Source of the DNA: Synechococcus sp. HW_metabat.21
Lineage (GTDB): Bacteria > Cyanobacteriota > Cyanobacteriia > PCC-6307 > Cyanobiaceae
Assembly: GCA_018623875.1 (NCBI GenBank)
Contig: JAAZUZ010000001.1
Coordinates: forward strand, 1-46,164
Reading direction: 5' to 3'
DNA length: 46,164 nucleotides
Shown: positions 41,120 to 46,164 of the stretch, one piece after another
Position numbering within the stretch: position 1 is the first letter of the stretch
How the letters are laid out: every line of letters starts with the position of its first letter
The notes under the pieces: model-generated
Told to the model about the DNA's origin: nothing
The model's input: the letters and a program-made list of their open reading frames with translations, nothing else
Database searches by the model: none
Position numbers and translations under genes: made by a program

Positions 41120-43636
41120 TCACTGACGCTCGGAGAGGGTTCCGCGGGTCACCCCGAGTCGACTTTCGAGCTGCTCGCTCTGCCAGACCATCCGGCCGCT
41201 GATCTCTCCGTTGAGGGCCTGGCGATAGAGCGCGACCCGACGCTCGGTGTCGGCCGGGCTCTCCTGCAGCAATTCGAGCCTGAAATGGCGCACGCCCGCC
41301 TCGAGGAACTGGGGAATGGCTTCCGCTGCGGTTTGGGCGCGCCCATTGAACAGGGTGTTCCGGCAGCCCAGGTCAGCGCGCAACGGATGTTCGGCGCCAC
41401 TGCGGTCCCGTAGGAGCACCTGGTGCTGCTCGCAAGGACGACCGCAATCGGTGTGGTCATGGCCCTCCGAGAGAAACGCACAAAACAAGCAATGCTCCAT
41501 ATGGAAAAGGGGCATGTGCTGGTGCAGCGTCAGTTCAAGCGCATCGCGGGGACAGGCGGCAATGAGGGCTAACAACTGATCCAAAGCAAGGTCGTAGCTA
41601 GCCGTCAGACGCTCCAGACCCCAACGCTCCAGCAGCCAACCTGCCGTAAGCGGGTTGGCCACGTTCAAGGAAAAATCTCCTTGGCAGGGGGCCAAGGGGG
41701 TCAGCCGCTCCAACTGATCCACGTTGCGAACCAAGTAGCCATCGGGCTCGGCCCGAACAAGCGGCTCCAGGCTCCAGGCCTCATCGGGCCTGCAGATCCG
41801 CTGACCCGCCAGCCACACTCCACCGGGCCAGCAGCCCTTGCCGCGCTTGACGGCTTCCCGCAGCTGCGCAGGATGCTCCAGGTCAACGATCACCCGATCG
41901 ACAGGCAGGGTCTTGAGCGACTCCAGTTGCGCGAGGTCGCGCACCAGGACAGTTAATTGCGGCTCTTGCGGGCTGGGCTTGGGCTCAACGGCCGCAGGCA
42001 TGAGTGCTTCGAGGGTCTGGAGCACCGACCCCTGCTGCGTGGAGCGGGGAACGTCCTGGGGGCCTTGCAGGGCGAGCTGATCCACCAAGGCGCGACGCAG
42101 TTGATTGAGCTGGGCCACGGGCAGAAACAAGGCCTCGTCGAGCTGGAGCTCCAACCGCTCCAGGCGCCAGGGGGTCCCGCCGAGGCGTCCGAGTTGCTGC
42201 TCCAGCCTCTCCTTAGACAGGGCCTGACCTTGGGCGGGCTCGAGCGGCTGCTGGCTGAGCACCGTGCAACCTGTGACCGGCAGACCAGAGGCCGTCAACA
42301 CGTCCAAACGGAGGGGGTTGCCCACAGAACCCGAGACCCTGAGGGCCAGAGGACGGCGCTGCTCCTCAGCAGAACGGTCCGCCATCCGCTGAAAGCGACT
42401 CTCCCGCTGGGGGTCGCTGGTCAACCAACAGGGACTCCCCGAGCGCAACCCCCTCAGATCCATCCGCTTGGGTCCGAGTCGCACAGCACAACCACCGCGG
42501 GGCCGCGGATCCACCGCCATCACCCGGCCGCCCACTTCCTGGGGGGGCAACAGGGGGTCGGGGTTGGGGATCTCGAGCACGACTCCATCACCGGGTTTGC
42601 ACTTCAAACGCCGCCGAAAGATCAGCCAATCCCCATCCACGCGCTCCAAACGCCCGAGCCAGGGGCCCCGTTTTTTGCTCCAGCGGCCGTGGACGAGCTG
42701 GCGGTGATCAATGCCGGCCAACCAGCCCGTACTCAGACCACGCGAGAAGCTCAGCTCAAGGTTGCGGCGCAGCTCCGCCTGCTCTGACGTGGAAACCGGT
42801 CCACGTTCTCCCGAGATCTGATCAAGGCCTTGGCGATAGGCGTCTGTGACGGCGGCCACGTAGGTGGCGTCCTTGAGCCTCCCTTCAATCTTGAGACTGG
42901 CGACTCCGGCTTCCACCAGATCCGGCAGCAGCTCCCAAGCAGCCAAATCCTGCGGGGAGAGCAAATAACGCTGTTCGCCCAGGTCGAGCTCTTCGCCATC
43001 AACGATCAGCGCGTAGGGGAGGCGGCAGGCCTGGGCACACTCGCCGCGATTGGCGCTGCGCTGGCCCAGGGCTTCGCTGGTCAGGCATTGGCCGGAGTAG
43101 GCCACACAGAGGGCCCCATGAACGAAGACCTCCAACGGCATCTCGATTTGGCGTTGGCTCAGCTGCTCCTGAATGCGCCGCAGGTCCTTCAAGCTGAGCT
43201 CCCGGGCGAGGACCACCCGCTGGCAGCCGAGCTCGCGAGCCATCGCCACGCCAGCCGCGCTGGTGATGGACATCTGCGTCGAGCCATGGATGGCCAGTCC
43301 TGGCGTGAGGGCTTGGGCCAGGGCCGCCAGACCGATGTCTTGAACGATCAAGGCATCAACCCCGGCAGCATCCGCGGCCAAGAGCAGCTCGGCCGCGCGA
43401 CTGAGCTCGTCGCTGAAGACAAGCACGTTGAACGTCAGGAATCCCTTCAGGCCGCGGCGGTGCAGCCAAGCCATCACCTCAGGAAGATCGGCGACCTTGA
43501 AGTTCTCGGCCCGGAGGCGGGCATTGAAGGTCTCGACGCCGAAATAAACGGCATCTGCTCCATTGGCCGCCGCGGCTTTGAGGGACTCCCAGCAACCGGC
43601 TGGGGCCAGCAATTCCGGCCGTGCGACCTCAGCCAT
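41120..43636 (-). CDS. Peptidase U32-family Fe-S protein with DUF3656, RlhA-like (23S rRNA C2501 hydroxylation)
   Basis: ELLAPAG, HGSTQM, LARELS, HGALCVAYSGQC, NRGECAQACR, SLKIEGR; second Cys cluster HMEHCLFC..CGRPC. Confidence 0.85.
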   Translation of the reverse strand: MAEVARPELLAPAGCWESLKAAAANGADAVYFGVETFNARLRAENFKVADLPEVMAWLHRRGLKGFLTFNVLVFSDELSRAAELLLAADAAGVDALIVQDIGLAALAQALTPGLAIHGSTQMSITSAAGVAMARELGCQRVVLARELSLKDLRRIQEQLSQRQIEMPLEVFVHGALCVAYSGQCLTSEALGQRSANRGECAQACRLPYALIVDGEELDLGEQRYLLSPQDLAAWELLPDLVEAGVASLKIEGRLKDATYVAAVTDAYRQGLDQISGERGPVSTSEQAELRRNLELSFSRGLSTGWLAGIDHRQLVHGRWSKKRGPWLGRLERVDGDWLIFRRRLKCKPGDGVVLEIPNPDPLLPPQEVGGRVMAVDPRPRGGCAVRLGPKRMDLRGLRSGSPCWLTSDPQRESRFQRMADRSAEEQRRPLALRVSGSVGNPLRLDVLTASGLPVTGCTVLSQQPLEPAQGQALSKERLEQQLGRLGGTPWRLERLELQLDEALFLPVAQLNQLRRALVDQLALQGPQDVPRSTQQGSVLQTLEALMPAAVEPKPSPQEPQLTVLVRDLAQLESLKTLPVDRVIVDLEHPAQLREAVKRGKGCWPGGVWLAGQRICRPDEAWSLEPLVRAEPDGYLVRNVDQLERLTPLAPCQGDFSLNVANPLTAGWLLERWGLERLTASYDLALDQLLALIAACPRDALELTLHQHMPLFHMEHCLFCAFLSEGHDHTDCGRPCEQHQVLLRDRSGAEHPLRADLGCRNTLFNGRAQTAAEAIPQFLEAGVRHFRLELLQESPADTERRVALYRQALNGEISGRMVWQSEQLESRLGVTRGTLSERQ

Positions 43637-43652
43637 GGATCACATCCATTCC

Positions 43653-44429
43653 TTAATACGAAAAGCGTCCAGCTGCATCGAAGGTTTTCAGGGCATCAGC
43701 GGATCCCTCAAACCGCCAGTGCCAAGGCTCATAGCTCACGCCCTGCCTGTTGTCCTCAGGAAACGAGAGGACGAAGTGGAAGCGATTGGCATTGCGCTTG
43801 AGCCAAGCAAAGGACTCGGTGCTGTCAAAGCTCTGCGATAGATGGGTCCCAGGGCGACGCCCATCGCCGAAGTCGACGGCATAGCCGGTGCTGTGCTCAG
43901 AAAAACCGGGTGGCGCACTCACCCGGGCTCGCTCACGGGCACTTTGGTTCCGCTCCGATTTGACGTCGAAGAAAATCTGCTTTTGCAGCGCGATCGAACG
44001 GAAGGCGCTGAGGACTCTGAGGTCCACACCCTCTGCATCCGCAGCGCGGCGCATTTGACGCAGAGCGGCCGCTGCCTGAGCGTTCAGCGCCACTCCGGGA
44101 CCAATGCTGATTAACTCAGCATCAGTGGCCTCGGGATAGGGGAAGTGCCCCAGGAGCCGCCCATCGGAACTCAGCCGGGCACGGAGCCCTGCGACGGGAA
44201 CGGGAGCCAAGCGCTCAAGGATTGGAGCCCTGAGCACGTACAGCGAGGAAGCCACAACAACCAGTGCTCCGCCGGCGCTCGCCAAGGCAACCGGAGTTCG
44301 GCGTTTGCGCTGCAGGGTGGGGGAGACGGTGCGCGTGGCGAGGGGAATGTCGTCCACGACAGCGGGGTCAGCGCCGCCCTTGCTTGAGCCCGCCCTGGAG
44401 GTACTGGTCTGCCGACCGGGGCTAGGCAA
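43653..44429 (-). CDS. M15B D-Ala-D-Ala carboxypeptidase (VanY-like)
   Basis: One TM helix; SAFRS, APPGFSEHSTGYAVD (SxHxxGxAxD), YEPWHWRF. Confidence 0.9.
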   Translation of the reverse strand: MPSPGRQTSTSRAGSSKGGADPAVVDDIPLATRTVSPTLQRKRRTPVALASAGGALVVVASSLYVLRAPILERLAPVPVAGLRARLSSDGRLLGHFPYPEATDAELISIGPGVALNAQAAAALRQMRRAADAEGVDLRVLSAFRSIALQKQIFFDVKSERNQSARERARVSAPPGFSEHSTGYAVDFGDGRRPGTHLSQSFDSTESFAWLKRNANRFHFVLSFPEDNRQGVSYEPWHWRFEGSADALKTFDAAGRFSY

Positions 44430-44552
44430 GCGAGAACTCCCGTTGGAACTGGGGTTATGTGATGTTACGAGCTCAAGCTAAAGATGCCAGCGGTTACCCA
44501 TCAAGCGGTGTTAGCTTCCCATCAACATCCTTCTGGCGGAGCGGGTTTCAAG

Positions 44553-45917
44553 ATGTTGCGAGTCGCGGTGGTGGGCGGCGGCCCGAGTGGTTCGTGTGCT
44601 GCGGAAATTCTGGCGAAGGCGGGGATCGAGACCTGGATCTTTGAGCGCAAGCTCGATAACGCCAAACCCTGCGGTGGTGCGATCCCCCTCTGCATGGTTG
44701 CTGAGTTCGACCTGCCTGAGTCGATCATCGACCGCAAGGTCCGCAACATGAAAATGATTTCCCCCTCGAACCGCGAGGTGGACATCAATCTCGAAAACGA
44801 CAACGAGTACATCGGCATGTGCCGCCGGGAGGTCATGGACGCCTTCATGCGCGACCGTGCCGCCGAACTCGGCGCCCATCTGGTGAATGGTCTGGTGACC
44901 AAGATCGACACCGGAGCCAAGCGCCAAGGGCCCTACACCCTCACCTACTCCGACTACAGCGAGGGCGAGGCCACGGGTGAAACCAAGACCCTCGAGGTGG
45001 ATCTGATCATCGGCGCCGATGGTGCCAACAGCCGTGTGGCCAAGGCCATGGACGCCGGCGACTACAACGTGGCCATCGCCTTCCAGGAGCGCATCAAGCT
45101 CCCCGCGGAGGAGATGAAGTACTACGAGAGCCTCGCTGAGATGTACGTGGGCACGGACGTGTCTCCCGACTTCTACGCCTGGGTGTTCCCCAAGTACGAC
45201 CACGTCGCGGTGGGCACCGGAACCATGCAGGACAATCAGGCCCTGATCAAGAGCCTGCAGGAAGGCATCCGTGAGCGGGCCAAGAAGCGCCTCGTCAACG
45301 GTGAGGTGATCAAGGTGGAAGCTCACCCCATCCCTGAGCATCCCCGCCCCCGCCGCGTGGTGGGACGCATGGCCCTGGTGGGTGATGCCGCTGGTTACGT
45401 CACGAAGAGCTCCGGGGAAGGCATCTACTTCGCCGCCAAGAGCGGTCGGATGTGCGCCGAACAGATTGTCGAAGCCAGCCAGGGTGGCAAGCGCGTCCCA
45501 AGCGAAGCGGACCTGAAGAAGTACCTGAAGAAGTGGGACCGCCAATACGGCGCCACCTACAAGGTGCTGGAAATCCTTCAGAACATCTTCTATCGCAACG
45601 ACGCGGCCCGCGAAGCCTTCGTCGAAATGTGCGACGACAAAGATGTTCAGCGCTTGACCTTCGACAGCTACCTCTACAAGCGGGTGGTGGCGATGAATCC
45701 CTGGCAGCAGCTCAAGCTCACCCTGCTGACCCTTGGCTCTGTCCTGCGCGGCAACGCCCTGGCGCCGCAGGGCTACAAGCCTGTCCCCAGTGCCGTCCGC
45801 GAAGACGGTGAAGTCAACGCCATGCTGGCCGTCAGCACCATCAAAGGAGGGATCCGCGTCGGCAAGCAGAAGGCCAAATCCGCTGCAGAGCGCGAACCTG
45901 CCCTCACCAGCAAGTAA
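44553..45917 (+). CDS. chlP: Geranylgeranyl reductase
   Basis: MLRVAVVGGGPSG, AKPCGGAIPLCM, GADGANS, YAWVFPK, GDAAGYV...GEGIYFA; ATG at 44553. Confidence 0.97.
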   Translation: MLRVAVVGGGPSGSCAAEILAKAGIETWIFERKLDNAKPCGGAIPLCMVAEFDLPESIIDRKVRNMKMISPSNREVDINLENDNEYIGMCRREVMDAFMRDRAAELGAHLVNGLVTKIDTGAKRQGPYTLTYSDYSEGEATGETKTLEVDLIIGADGANSRVAKAMDAGDYNVAIAFQERIKLPAEEMKYYESLAEMYVGTDVSPDFYAWVFPKYDHVAVGTGTMQDNQALIKSLQEGIRERAKKRLVNGEVIKVEAHPIPEHPRPRRVVGRMALVGDAAGYVTKSSGEGIYFAAKSGRMCAEQIVEASQGGKRVPSEADLKKYLKKWDRQYGATYKVLEILQNIFYRNDAAREAFVEMCDDKDVQRLTFDSYLYKRVVAMNPWQQLKLTLLTLGSVLRGNALAPQGYKPVPSAVREDGEVNAMLAVSTIKGGIRVGKQKAKSAAEREPALTSK

Positions 45918-45936
45918 GCATCCGCGGACAGCATCC

Positions 45937-45966
45937 AAGGCAGTGGGCGGTCCACTGCCTTTTTTT
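45937..45966 (+). terminator. Intrinsic terminator after chlP
   Basis: AAGGCAGTGG-GCGGT-CCACTGCCTT followed by a T run. Confidence 0.85.
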
Positions 45967-46086
45967 GTGCCCACTGCCAAGACGCTATCGAACAAGCGCC
46001 GGCAGGCCGTATCGCCCAACGCTTTTCAATGCTGACGCGTGCTTCGGTGTCTGAGTCCGGAGAATCAGATCAAAACAGCGGGGACA

Positions 46087-46164
46087 ATGACCTCAGGCGC
46101 AACGGAGTCGAGCCCTGATGCAGTTCCGCATGCAAAGCATGCCCCCCCGCAGCGTGCAATTGGG
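46087..46164 (+). CDS. Possible 5' end of a gene running off the window (MTSGATESSPDAVPHAKHAPPQRAIG...)
   Basis: ATG preceded by GGGGAC, open for 26 codons to the edge; no recognisable motif. Confidence 0.25.
   Translation, partial: MTSGATESSPDAVPHAKHAPPQRAIG

Noticed and set aside
33195-46019. Long antisense ORFs (e.g. 33195-34289, 39150-39875, 42830-43801, 44511-46019; also 1293-2396 and 17649-18482 outside this span)
   Set aside because: They mirror well-supported genes and are expected from high-GC codon bias; no motifs

Overview
High-GC picocyanobacterial (Cyanobium/Synechococcus-type) chromosome segment, mostly core genes: rlmD (partial), pheT, rpmG-rpsR-RNase II, metG-lptC, psb32-pxcA-cobU-trmL, an M23 peptidase, tRNA-Met, purQ/purS, a cobalamin riboswitch-hupE-cobW unit, upp, ilvD, pgl-gnd-glgC, hemA-glpX-rpe, ccsB-lptF/G-lptB-lptA, typA, a U32/RlhA-like protein, a VanY-type peptidase and chlP. 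I found no integrase, transposase, CRISPR array or rRNA. The least ordinary part is the ~4 kb block right after tRNA-Met (15720-19609). It holds an exported DUF3828-like protein, a uridine kinase, an alpha/beta hydrolase, a 59-aa HicB-fold-like ORF missing from the ORF track, a diverged orphan RpaB paralogue, a small 'WDP..LLRK..GHFRLLNQ' protein and a 2-Cys peroxiredoxin. Other oddities: the RNase II frame continues directly from the rpsR stop with no canonical start for its apparent N-terminus, and typA has a long, possibly structured leader. Product calls rest on motif recognition and recalled family consensus only; no searches were run.
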